From contig CM059437.1 of the NCBI GenBank assembly GCA_030390025.1, positions 76,944,001 through 77,008,000 of the forward strand: a DNA stretch of 64,000 nucleotides, written 5' to 3'. Shown in pieces: positions 26,748-38,112 of the stretch. The translations under genes were made by a program, and so were the position numbers. The DNA is from Squalus acanthias. Lineage: Eukaryota. Under the pieces are notes generated by a model. It did not search any database, was not told where the DNA came from, and was given only the letters and a program-made list of their open reading frames with translations. Numbering within the stretch: the stretch's first letter is position 1; every line of letters begins with the position of its first letter.

Positions 26748-26988
26748 GTTAACAATGAGAGAATCTCCCAGAATTCACAATTTAAACCCAGACAAAATCT
26801 ATTCACATTATTCGCTACAACAAAGAGCACAGCCAAGACAATGAGATGTGTCCCAGGGGGTCCAACGTGTCAAACCACCTGCTGGCTGCATATCCTGTCA
26901 ATTTGTGTTCTTGTGTTAGCCTTTTTAAAAAAAAAACAAAAAAAAAAACCCCAAAAAAACACCTGGGAAGACCGGCCATGATGTCAAG

Positions 26989-29382
26989 TCACGTTCTGTA
27001 TCGTGACATGAACCCGATATCGCGATTGAGGCCATCCTCATGAGTGCGGAACTTGGCTATCAGTTTCTGCTCTATGATTTTGCGCTGTCGTGTATCTCGA
27101 AGGCCGCCTTGGAGAACGCTTACCCGCAGATCCGAGGCTGAATGCCCCTGGCTGCTGAAGTGTTCCCCGACTGGGAGGCAACCCTCCTGCCTGGCGATTG
27201 TTGCGCGGTGTCCGTTCATACGTTGTCTCAGTGTCTGCATGGTCTCGCCGATGTACCATGCTCTGGAGCATCCTTTACTGCAACGTATCAGGTAGTCACA
27301 TGAGTATGTACCGTGTACCTGGTGGGTAGTGTCCTCACGTGTAATGATGGTATCTGTGTCCATGATTTGGCATGTCTTGCAGAGGTTGCCGTGGCAGGGT
27401 TGTGTGGTGTCTTGGTTGCTGTTCTCCTGAAAGATGGGTAATCTGCTGCGAACGATGGTACTTTTGAGGTTAGGCGGCTGCTTGAAGGCGAGTAGTGGAG
27501 GCGTGGGGATGGCCTTAGCAAGGTGTTCGTCGTCATCGATGACATGTTGAAGGCTGCGAAGAACATGGCGTAGTTTTTCCGCTCCGGGGAAGTACTGGAC
27601 GACGTAGGGTACTCTGTTGGTTGTGTCCCGTGTTCGTCTTCTGAGGAGGTCTATGCGGTTTTTCGCTGTGGCCCGTCGGAACTGTCGATCGACGAGTCGA
27701 GCGTCATATCCCGTTCTTACGAGAGCGTCTTTCAGTGTCCGTAGGTGTCCATCGCGTTCCTCCTCGTCTGAGCAGATCCTGTGTATTCGCAGGGCTTGTC
27801 CATAGGGGATGGCTTCTTTAACGTGGTTAGGGTGGAAGCTGGAGAAGTGGAGCATTGTGAGGTTGTCCGTGGGCTTGCGGTAGAGTGAAGTGCTGAGGCG
27901 TCCGTCTTTGATGGAGATTCGTGTGTCCAAGAATGAAACCGATTCTGAGGAGTAGTCCATGGTGAGTTTGATGGTGGGATGGAACCTGTTGATGCTATCG
28001 TGTAGTCCTTTCAGTGATCCTTCGCCGTGGGTCCAAAGGAAGAAGATGTCGTCGATGTATCTGGTGTACAGCGTTGGTTGGAGGTCCTGTGCAGCGAAGA
28101 AGTCTTGCTCGAACTTGTGCATGAAGATGTTGGCGTATTGGGTTGCGAATTTGGTCCCCATGGCTGTTCCATGTGTTTGGGTGAAAAACTGGTTGTCGAA
28201 GGTGAAGACATTGTGGTCAAGGATGAAGCGGATGAGTTGTAAGATGGCGTCCGGAGATTGGCTGTTGTTGGTGTTGAGTACTGAGGCTGTCGCAGCGATG
28301 CCGTCATTGTGGGGGATATTGGTGTAGAGTGCCGATACGTCCATTGTGACGAGGAGTGTTCCTGGTTCAACTGGTCCATGGGTGCTGAGTTTCTGCAAGA
28401 AGTCTGTAGTGTCGCGACAGAAGCTGGGGGTTCCCTGTACGATGGGTTTCAGGATGCCCTCGACGTACCCAGAGAGGTTCTCACACAGGGTTCCGTTGCC
28501 TGATACGATAGGACGTCCGGGTGTGTTGGCTTTGTGTATCTTTGGGAGGCAGTAAAAGTCTCCTACGCGGGGAGTACGTGGGATGAGAGCGCGTAGGCTG
28601 TTTTGAAGGTCTGGATCGAAGGTCTTGATCAGTCTATTGAGTTGGCGGGTGTGTTCTTTGGTCGGATCTGCGGGTAGCTGTCTGTAGTGTTCCTGGTTGT
28701 CCAGTTGTCGGTATGCTTCTTTGCAATAGTCCGTTCTGTTCTGTATGACGATGGCTCCTCCTTTGTCCGCTGGTTTGATGACGATGTTGCGGTTGGTCTT
28801 GAGTGCGTGGATGGCGTTGCGTTGTGCTCGGGTGACATTCTGGACTGTCTTGTGAGTACGGCTGATGAATCTGGCGTTGATGCATTTCCTGACAGCTTGA
28901 GCATACATGTCAAGCTTAGGGTTGCGACCCTCCGGAGGGGTCCAATTTGACTCTTTCTTCCTCGGTTGTAGCACTGCGGTTCCCTCTGTCTGCTGTTCCG
29001 GATCATTGATTGTCCCATTAGGAATGTTGCTGACATCTTGGGATTTGTGGTAGTATTCCCGGATCCTCATTCTCCTGATGAATTCCTCTGTGTCCGCCGC
29101 GAGACCGATGGGGTCCATTTTGGTGGTGGGGCAGAACTTGAGCCCTAGGGCGAGAACTTCGATTTCGTCTGGTTGAAGGGTGTGGTCCGACAGGTTGACG
29201 ATGGACTTCCCTGTGGTTGCAACCGTGGTACCGGGGGAGGCTTGGTTGTAGCTGGTGGTTACGCCGAGTTTCTCAAGCTTCCTGTTCTTGATGCGCATGT
29301 AGGTAGCGTTGTTCCGTTGCCTCGTCTGTTTGGCGGTGTCTCGTAGCTGGTCTGCTGTGTCCTGAGCACAGGCTGAGAGCAT
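26989..29382 (-). CDS. PLE polyprotein: reverse transcriptase + Cys-rich linker + GIY-YIG endonuclease (797 aa from first Met; frame stays open upstream)
   Basis: Motifs IKPADKGG, YCLPKIHK, GRPIVS, MDVSALYTNI, GTAMGT, RYIDD, LYRKPTD; CHGNLCKTC linker; YLIRC...WYIGET...RQRMNGH...E...GLN. Confidence 0.95.
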   Translation of the reverse strand: MLSACAQDTADQLRDTAKQTRQRNNATYMRIKNRKLEKLGVTTSYNQASPGTTVATTGKSIVNLSDHTLQPDEIEVLALGLKFCPTTKMDPIGLAADTEEFIRRMRIREYYHKSQDVSNIPNGTINDPEQQTEGTAVLQPRKKESNWTPPEGRNPKLDMYAQAVRKCINARFISRTHKTVQNVTRAQRNAIHALKTNRNIVIKPADKGGAIVIQNRTDYCKEAYRQLDNQEHYRQLPADPTKEHTRQLNRLIKTFDPDLQNSLRALIPRTPRVGDFYCLPKIHKANTPGRPIVSGNGTLCENLSGYVEGILKPIVQGTPSFCRDTTDFLQKLSTHGPVEPGTLLVTMDVSALYTNIPHNDGIAATASVLNTNNSQSPDAILQLIRFILDHNVFTFDNQFFTQTHGTAMGTKFATQYANIFMHKFEQDFFAAQDLQPTLYTRYIDDIFFLWTHGEGSLKGLHDSINRFHPTIKLTMDYSSESVSFLDTRISIKDGRLSTSLYRKPTDNLTMLHFSSFHPNHVKEAIPYGQALRIHRICSDEEERDGHLRTLKDALVRTGYDARLVDRQFRRATAKNRIDLLRRRTRDTTNRVPYVVQYFPGAEKLRHVLRSLQHVIDDDEHLAKAIPTPPLLAFKQPPNLKSTIVRSRLPIFQENSNQDTTQPCHGNLCKTCQIMDTDTIITREDTTHQVHGTYSCDYLIRCSKGCSRAWYIGETMQTLRQRMNGHRATIARQEGCLPVGEHFSSQGHSASDLRVSVLQGGLRDTRQRKIIEQKLIAKFRTHEDGLNRDIGFMSRYRT

Positions 29383-29661
29383 GGACTCTATCTTGGTTTC
29401 GAGGTTGCGACGTCTGCTGTAGAGCTGGTGTACGAGATGGTTGAGGAGTGTGCGAGAGGTACGACGGCAAAGTCTCTCAGCGTAGTCTGTGTTGTATGTC
29501 GACTTGAGTGGGTTCGTGATCTGTAGTCCTTTCGGAATCTTGTCTGCTTTCTTGCATCTCTGCAGGTACTTGATGGCTGTGCTCTTTGTTGTAGCGAATA
29601 ATGTGAATAGATTTTGTCTGGGTTTAAATTGTGAATTCTGGGAGATTCTCTCATTGCTAAC

Positions 29662-29699
29662 TTACCTGACGAAGGAGCGACAGCTCCGAAAGCTTGTAA
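29662..29699 (+). ncRNA. Minimal type I hammerhead ribozyme in the inverted pseudo-LTR
   Basis: ttacctgacgaaggagcgacagctccgaaagcttgtaa, identical to the 26710-26747 copy but on the opposite strand. Confidence 0.85.
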
Positions 29700-29792
29700 A
29701 ATTAAATAAATCTGTTGGACTATAACCTGGTGTTGTGCGACTTCTCATTTTTGTCCACCCCAGTCCAACGCCGGCATCTCCACATCATGACC

Positions 29793-30110
29793 TACATTAA
29801 AAGAGGAAGAGACTGTTCCCGGTGATTGAGGGGATATAGATATAAGATTAAATGCAAGCGATTTAGAACAGGGAGCAGGAGAAGCCTTTGTACACAGAGG
29901 CCCTGGAATGCACAACTGGAGTTAATGATTGAAGCAGAGACCAAGTCAGTATTTAGGAATACGTTAGATAGCTGGTTGGAAGAAAGGGAAGGGATACTAG
30001 AACAGGGCAAGCACATCAAATGAGCCTACTGCCCATGTGGAGAATAAACACCAGCATGGACTGGATGAGCCGACTGGCCTGTTTCTGTGTCGTAATTTCT
30101 ATGTAAATCT
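29793..30110 (+). mobile_element. Old CR1 3' fragment, target of the PLE insertion
   Basis: ctgttcccg...tacacagagg...ctggaatgc...ggcctgtttctgtg...tttctatg tail. Confidence 0.65.
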
Positions 30111-31588
30111 ATGCAAATCTTGCACATGCTCAGTTCCATGTCATTGCCAAATTTGCTGAGGGTCGAAGTGAGGCAGGTTTAGCATAGTGGGAAACTAATA
30201 CATATTACGCATTACATAAAAGGGGTAGACTACTTAGTTAGCAGGAATAAACACAATGTGTTTAGCATGCAAATGAATAAATATTGAAAATCCAAAATCA
30301 ATTATGAGGCATTCATTTAATTGGAATTAATTGCACTTTCTTAATCAAGGAGCCATAAAGAATGGGCTACATTTTCACCTATGGACAACAGCTGTGAACC
30401 AGCACTGAGGTATTTTGGGCTCTATCATTAGTACAAAGAGGTATTTTCCTCCTATCTTTTGTAATGGAAATTGAACCATACAGAGCATCGACTGACAGCC
30501 AGTCTTATCATGACACACAGAGGAAGGATTCATTAACAAAATGAAGAAACACACTTTATAGCTGCCTCATGGGAGGGAGTTACATTTAACTGTAGCAGCC
30601 ACCTTTTAAATTAAAAAAAGTTTAAAAGTGCTGACTAGTATTCGTGGCAATTAGAAGGGGAAAAATCCTCCCAGTTAAGGCTATATCAGAGGCCATGGCT
30701 GATCTGTAGTGAAATTTTTATACTTTAAATTAGAGAGGAACATACTAACTGCTAATTCTACCACTCTTCCCGACTGTTTTCATGCTCAGTCATTCTGATC
30801 AGTTCTTTGACAAGAGCTTGTTGTTAGATACATTAGTGAGTCTCAGTGGGGATTTTGGAATTGTAAGCTGTGTATTGATTTGAGAGCTTGAATTGTTATC
30901 TGCTGAGAAACAGACATCTTGCTAAATGTTATCGAGACGAATAGCCGCCATGTAACACATGCCAACGTCAAGCGACAAGCTGAGAGGTAATATGCAGCAC
31001 TTTGAGAAAACAAAACATTCGAACAGACAAAGCCACTGCAACTAATTGAGCATTTCATTAATTAGTGGTGATTAGGTTACCATTACTATGGAAACAGACC
31101 AAGCAATTACACTTGTGAGAGCCTTCCAGTGAAGTGAAGGGTCTTTGCCTGGTATTAATAAGGGAAAATATGACCGGCTGGTATTGAATGAATCCCAGCC
31201 CCTGCTGATGGAAGCTACATGGAGTGATCAGTTTATGATGCTCCTTAGTTCCATATTGACAAAGTCAACAGCAGGAATTGGTTCTGATCACACACATCGG
31301 CAACCGGTGAACTGGCATTCTGATTAGAATCATTTATATTTCAAAAGAAACAGAATTCCATTTTTCCCAAAATGAATCTGTCCTCTAAAATGTGCCTAAC
31401 ATGTTTATAACAACCATTTGTTCCGTCTTAGTATTTGGAGCATTTTGAGAAGTTGAAGATTGGAACATAAATGATAACAACGTGTGCTTGTATAGCCCTT
31501 CAACATAGCAGAACATCCCATGGGGTTTGTCGCATTTTGAGATTTTTACTTCATTGACCAGGAAGGGATATTTGGTTTAATTGATAAT

Positions 31589-32594
31589 GGCCTGTAATTT
31601 GCGGTCAGCAGCGAAGCAAACGCCTTCACCGCTGGCCCCAAAGTAAGGTTCCCACAAAGATCTCGCGACCTCTGTTGAGAGAAGTTCGGCTTTTCCGACC
31701 TTCAGTTGAAATCAGTGTAAGTTAATGGGGAATCCCTAACGCGAGCTGCTGTGACGTCAACAAGCTGTCTATGTTACCATTCACAGTGCAGAATTCTCAT
31801 AGACCAAAAAACCAGGAAGTGAGTAAGCTCATAAGAACATAAGACGTAGGAGCAGGAGTAGGTCATTTGGCCCCTCGAGCCTGCTCCGACATTCAATAAG
31901 ATCATGGCTGATCTGACCTTGGCCTCAACTCCACTTCCCTGCCCGCTCCCCATAACCTTTGACTCCCTTATCGTTCAAAAATCTGTCTACCTCCACCTTA
32001 AATATATTCAATGACCCAGCCTCCACAGCTCTCTGGGGAAGAGAATTCCAAAGATTCACGACCCTCTGACAGAAGAATCCTTTGATTCTAACTTTTAAAA
32101 AATGTTAGAGAGCAAATTGGGGCTATCACATGGGGAAAAGGTAAACCTAAAATAAAGATGAGCATACTTTTTAAAAAATAATATTTTTTTTATAGTTTGT
32201 TAAAAATGTAACTTTTTATTAAAAAGGGTAAGTTTGACACTCCACAAAATTAAAATTAGATTTTCAGGGCCATAAAGTTTGCTTAGTATTCAATACGCTG
32301 TTAAAACCCCAGTTACACCTAATCCAAAAGGGTCTAATGTTTTGGGGGATTTAACAGCGATATTACCGCGGACGAGCTGAACTTTTTGTCAGTTTCTCTG
32401 ATTTGACAGATTACACTGATTGCCAGGGGGTGGGTCCACAGCGCAGCCAGTGTCGGAGCAGTGAATGACTGACCGCAACTTCAGGATTTACGCGTTAGGG
32501 TGTGCATGTGCTACATCCTGAAGTTGCGGTCAGTTTCACGGGGGAAATAACAGCAAACGCTGTTCGTTCGAGGTTGTTACCCACCGCAAATTCC
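31589..32594. mobile_element. Same MITE family in opposite orientation, interrupted by a CR1 3' tail (~31831-32080)
   Basis: ggcctgtaatttgcggt...accgcaaattcc; shares the gaccgcaacttcagg hairpin with 24040-24808. Confidence 0.65.
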
Positions 32595-33939
32595 ATTATG
32601 TTTGTGATATAAAGTCAAGTTCAGGTTACAAAAGGTTAATTTCCAGAGTTCCAGCATACTTTTCTGATTTGATAGTAAAAACCCTGTAGATGATGAACAA
32701 AGGGCGGTTAGGAATATTGACGGCCTCCCCTCCCTGAGGGGAAATTAAAACTGTTATCCACATCAGTTTGAAGAACAATGGACGTGGGTGCCAATGAGCA
32801 TATTCTAGGGTTGTTTGCACCTTAAATGTGACAGTGGTCTTTATTCAAAGTGTAAAGTTAATGCCAACCAGTTCGTAGGCTGCAGACATGCAAAGTTGGT
32901 TTAGCTCATGACAAATGGGAAACTTGTACAATTTACCATTTTGATGGAACGAAGAGCAGTAGGGAATTGTTTGAATGTCACTTGGAAACTATTTCTATTC
33001 ATTCATATATTACACGAAGAGTAAATCAGATTGTTGGTTTAGAAGTGGCCTTGTCCCGCTAATGTGCTAATCAGTCCATTTTATGAAAGATAGCAGAATG
33101 CATGTGATATAAGTGTTCAGCGCACACAATGAGTGGTCTTACTGTTAGACTCCACGGGCATGTTATTGTTTACAACAGCTTGCATTTATATAGCACCTTT
33201 AACATAGTAAAATGTCGCAAGGCACTTCACAGAAGCGTTATCAAACAAAATTTGACACTTAGCCATGTAAAGAGATATTAGGAAAGATGAGCAAAAGCTT
33301 GGTCAAAGAAGTAGGTTTTAAGGAGCGTCTTAAAGGAGGAGTGATAGAAAGGTGGGGATGCCAGAGAGATGTAGGGAGGGAATTCCAGAGCTTAGTGTCT
33401 AGGCCTAGATAGATTTTGGTTAGTAAATGGGCTTTCCAGCTCACGGGATGCAGGGGGCACCAGGTCCGCTTATGGGAGTGACTGGCGACGCTGACCCCCA
33501 ATAAAATATCGAGTGCAGACCTGTACTTTGTAACTGCTCTTCATTGTTTGACATTAAAGGGTAAAAATTCCAATTCATGTGATTGTGGGGCAGGAACAGT
33601 GCTCAGCAGGCTATGTGCCTGACTTGTTGTGCAAGACCATTCCTGCTTCAACTGTTGCCTCACCAACTGATCAGCTATATAATGTTAGCACCTGCCCAGC
33701 AGGCTGCCTGTGGGGACTTGTATTCACCTGACTGGAACTTTTGAGCACTACTGCAGCTGTTTAAAGGACTGCAGTAGCCAGTCAAAGGGGAGCAGAGAAG
33801 GTGCTTGGAAAAAAAACTGCAGTGGAACCAAATAGAGTTTCCCCATTTGTTATGGAGTGCTCAAGCAGAAGACTGTCAGACTTCACTGATGTATGAAGTG
33901 CACGTAAGGAGGGTTGGCACTCTAGCAGAGAGCAATACA

Positions 33940-34030
33940 GTGTGTCTAGGAGGAGGTAGCTGCCACAGTGAATGCTGGTTCCAACACTCATCGGAGTTGG
34001 AAGCAAATGCAGAAGGAGATGGCAAAGGTA
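33940..34030 (+). pseudogene. Second, more decayed Myb/SANT-like remnant
   Basis: (*)EEVAATVNAGSNTHRSWKQ/CRRRWQ with a stop and a frameshift, followed by gtaag. Confidence 0.5.
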
Positions 34031-37000
34031 AGACCATCCAACAGTTCCCAGTAGAAGGGACAGCAGTGTTTCCTGTTAATATTTGCTGCTTTGCTCAAAG
34101 CGCTCAGACAACCTGACAGCTTTTTGTTTGTTTACCATGTATGACTACATGACAGTAGAATATACAGAAGGCTCCCAAAATTTCAGGCCGTTGACGGTCT
34201 TTTGAGGAGGGCATGCTTGATATAATTGACATGGTGAAGGGATAATTACAAGTCCTAGCCCTTTTCGGGCTACCCCAGATCAGGCGTATTCCCCAGACGT
34301 TCACCTTCAACTAAAGTTAGCGGTAGCCGAATCCTAGAGACGCTTAATTGGGTCTAATGGTTTAGACTATCTCTCCCTAAAGGAAAGGAACGGCCTGAAG
34401 ATGTTACCATCCTCTGGATAGCACTTTTAACAAGTTTAACTAGACTGTAACCTTCCGGACATTATGAGGGTCCGGAAACCTCCCCCCTCCAGAATTCTGC
34501 AACTCCTCACTGAAGAGTGTGCAGAAATTGAGTTCGCGAGATTGATACAGAAATACTCTGAGACTATTTTGAAAATATATAGATTTATTAAAGAACTGAC
34601 ATCTAGTTAACAGTTGGTATGGCAATTGCAACTTTAACCCATTCAAAATACAAATAGCTTACATTTCTTACCAGAGATCCTTATTCTCAAATCATAACTT
34701 CGTTACATTTCCACACTTCTACTTATTTCTTAATCCAGAATATCCACCAAAATCAAATACCTTGATTACCCGAGACTCAGAGTTGTAGGCCTACAGAGCA
34801 TGCCTGTGAAGTTGAGAAATGCTTGCCCTTCCAGCGACTTCTGACTCTCTATCTGAAAAGCTCTATTTTTATACCTTTTTTTAGTGGTATTTTCTTTGAA
34901 GTTTCCTGCTGATGTAAGCTAATTATCTCTAGTGATTCTTTATTGAATTCTTTTCTATTCTTACTGTCATTTCAGCTGCCAACTTTTAGAATTCTGCCTC
35001 TACCTTTAGGTGTTTCAAAAACTTATCATAAAATATGGTATAACAGATTTATCTATTGATGCTATTCTTAGGAAGTCTTTCTATTGAATTCTTAATATCA
35101 CTTAACTGCTTGTAAGCCAGACATCGTGACTCCGTGGTGTTCCAAGTTTAACACATAAACAATGTGATTGCTTGGTGTCATCTATTGATATTATATTTTC
35201 AAAGCCTCTCTGTAGGTATCTTTTACAATTTGTAAATTGAAAACACTTCTCTTAGGGTGTTTACTTGTTTTCTTGCTATCTCAATTGGTTGCATATTTAA
35301 TCGTGTTTCCTGTCTCATTTGATGTCATTTTTTCAAAGGTACTTGTTTTTTTTAATGTTCTGTGCACCCGTTCGACGTGTTAGATTTTGACACTTTACTT
35401 GGGTCATTCCATTGTGTTTCTCCCAAACTCCAGACTTTCTGGAAGCGCCAATGGTTTGCTTCAATAGGGCCATTATTTTTGTGTTTACAACCATCTCCCA
35501 TTTCAAAGCTTGTGGTGTTTTACAGCTTTTGTTAGCACTTCACCTTATCTCAGAAGCCTGTATTGTGTTTGCAGCCTGTGTTGCCGAGGCTTTCCAGACT
35601 TTTAAACTCAGTATGTCATGTATTAATATTATCAGAAATCTGTTTATAGGATGGTGTATTTTTCTGAAATATATCTATTCCATTACAATGGAAACCTTCA
35701 CAGGGAGTGAGACGGGATTAAGCCAGTGATATTCCCCAAGCTGAGGGCTAGTACCATTCTCTAGTTAGGTCTTTATGTTGTTTAAAAGGAAGTTACATTT
35801 GCTTGAAAAAGAGGAATAGTAAAGGATATGGGGAGCGAGCAAGAGAGTGGGATTAGATTAAATGACTCATATGGAGAAAAACACTGGCATAAACTTGATT
35901 GATTGAATGACCTGTTTCTGTGCCAGTGATATTCTATGATTTTCGCCCTACTCATTCACTCTCCTGGAGGTATATGCTCCAGCACAATAACATCACACAT
36001 AGTATATTACCATTTAAGTACTGTTGCAAGGGCTGTCTTGCAGCCATCGTTGCAATGTATGTTCCTCTTGCGGTTTTGTGGGCATCCTCCTGATGGGTCT
36101 GCCAGCAGTGCCAGTGGCAGTGAAGAATGCAGCACCTCCAAGCAGGTTGCGTCACTCACACCACCTGTCACAAGCAGCAGCACAGCTACATCTAGTGTAA
36201 ATAGATAGCGAGTTTGAGAAGATATCACTGGCTGAGTCACAGTGCATTTGTGAGGAAAAGCAAGCGGTGCAAATAGTGGAGAAGCAGGAAACTGCTGGAC
36301 AAAAAGTTAGCTTGCTTTCTTCATCTGCAGAGCATAGGCATATGGACCTCTCAGGATCTGCTGTCTGAGCAGGAGCATGGACACCAGTCACTAGAGTCTT
36401 ACCAAAACAGAGTGTAGATCATCTATACAGTGGCGCCGGATAGCTCTCTGTACAGTAGTCTACTACGGACCGTGTGACAGCTCGATGAGCATCTGTAGCA
36501 GAGTCCCTTATAGCATAGGTTCTAAGCCCAGTCAGAATATCTCTTTTGAATGTTCAGGCCATTGTTATAAAGGCCTTGGGGCTCTCCTGTCCAATTTTAA
36601 TATGCTGAGGAACTGGATTGAGATAGTCTTGAGGCAGGGCTTCACTGACCGCATTGCTGCCCTTAGATCAATGGGCATGCCGAAGAGTGCTCATCAGCAG
36701 GGGCATTGTAGGCATGAATATTGCTGTTGTCTCTCAAGGTGACGCCAATCTGGCCTATCCAGTCAAACTTGTGCAAATGACTGTTCATGTGCCAACAACT
36801 GGGCGGGACCATACCCTGGATCTCAAATGCGGCGTGGGGCATTGGCCCTCCGAAGTTCAGAGTCTCTTTCCCCCCACAACCCCCTTACATCGATGGACTT
36901 GTAAGGGGTGGGTGGAAGCTCCTCTCACAAGGCCATCCCAGAAACTTGGGCGCAAGCCAGGACCTGGTTACACAGGATCCTGTCCCAGATTCCTGTCACT

Positions 37001-38112
37001 CCGGTGGATTCTTAAGGAAGTTACAGCGGGAATCCACTAGAACTGCTGCCAATTTTGGGGGCCACTCTATAAATGCTTGTTGTTGTTGTTGTTGTTCCTC
37101 CTTCTCCTTAACCGACACTGCCAAATACAAGTTAATTACTCATTCATCTCTTTTGCAGTACCTGAGACTTTGCTATGCGCAAATTTGCTGACTCATTTGC
37201 CTACATAACAGATATTGCACTTCAACAGTAATTCATTGGCTATAAAGCACTTTGTGGCTGTGGGTTAGTTTCTACTCTTGTGATCCAGACGGTCTAAACA
37301 TAGCATTAAATCTGCTGTTGACCGAGTTTCTGATTTTCTCCTGCTAACCTATGTTTCCATGCTTTATAAATATAGTCAAAGTAGCATATTGCATTGTTCA
37401 TGATAGAGAAGATCCCTTCTGTACACCACTTTAGCATCACCCTCTTAACAGTCTGCCAAACCACAGCAAAAATAATAATGGCATGAAATAATTTACATTA
37501 CAAAAGCTCTACAATAAAAAACACAAGTGTTTGTACTGCATTAACCTCAACACCACCTCACCTTTCAGTGCTTGTTTCATAGTTATGCTCCATTTAAATT
37601 CATTAACGATAAGCACAAGTACCCGAGCTTAGCCATTTATGGCATCTGTGCAAATACAGAATCAATGGCCTAGAAATTCGAATGCGCTGCGCCTCTTTAC
37701 AGGTGTAATACGGGCGACTAAGCGTCCAATATGGCGGGTGGCACGCGCACGCTCATTCTGCGCTGGTACTGTATCACATGCTATATTGGATAAGGCTACT
37801 CAGTAGGCGTCCAGGGCACGCCCCTGAATTAGGTGTTGGCCCCTGATTGGTGTCTGCAATGGGCCTAACACCTGATTGGACTGCGAATAATCCCCAGCAT
37901 GCACCATGCATGCTGAGGTCAGTTTCTTCAGGTGCTCAGCAGCCAAAACAGAGTTCCTTAAAGGAACCACTGGAGGCTGCCACCCAACAAGAAAGTTTCA
38001 TGTTTTGGACTTACCCTATTGAGGAGCAGGTGTCCGCCACCCGGCTCCACATTAAATCCACAGGCTGCCGCCGGCCACCGCTCATCCTCCTCCTGATCGC
38101 CTCTCTTCCCAC

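Larger units (their letters stand above)
26663..29790 (-). mobile_element. Penelope-like retroelement (PLE), 5'-truncated, with inverted upstream pseudo-LTR
   Basis: RT + GIY-YIG ORF; 173-bp inverted repeats 26663-26835 / 29574-29746; TSD tacattaaaagag at 26653-26665 and 29793-29805; CpG-rich. Confidence 0.95.

Noticed and set aside
26647..26844. ORFs sharing MRESPRIHNLNPDK (also 29388-29654)
   Set aside because: Translation of the antisense pseudo-LTR inverted repeat, not a gene duplication
27038..29036. Many overlapping ORFs on both strands within the PLE
   Set aside because: Shadow frames of a GC-rich coding sequence with no independent motifs
26663..29746. DNA transposon reading of the 173-bp terminal inverted repeats
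   Set aside because: The ORF is RT + GIY-YIG, the repeats contain hammerheads and one has an asymmetric tail, which fits PLE pseudo-LTRs
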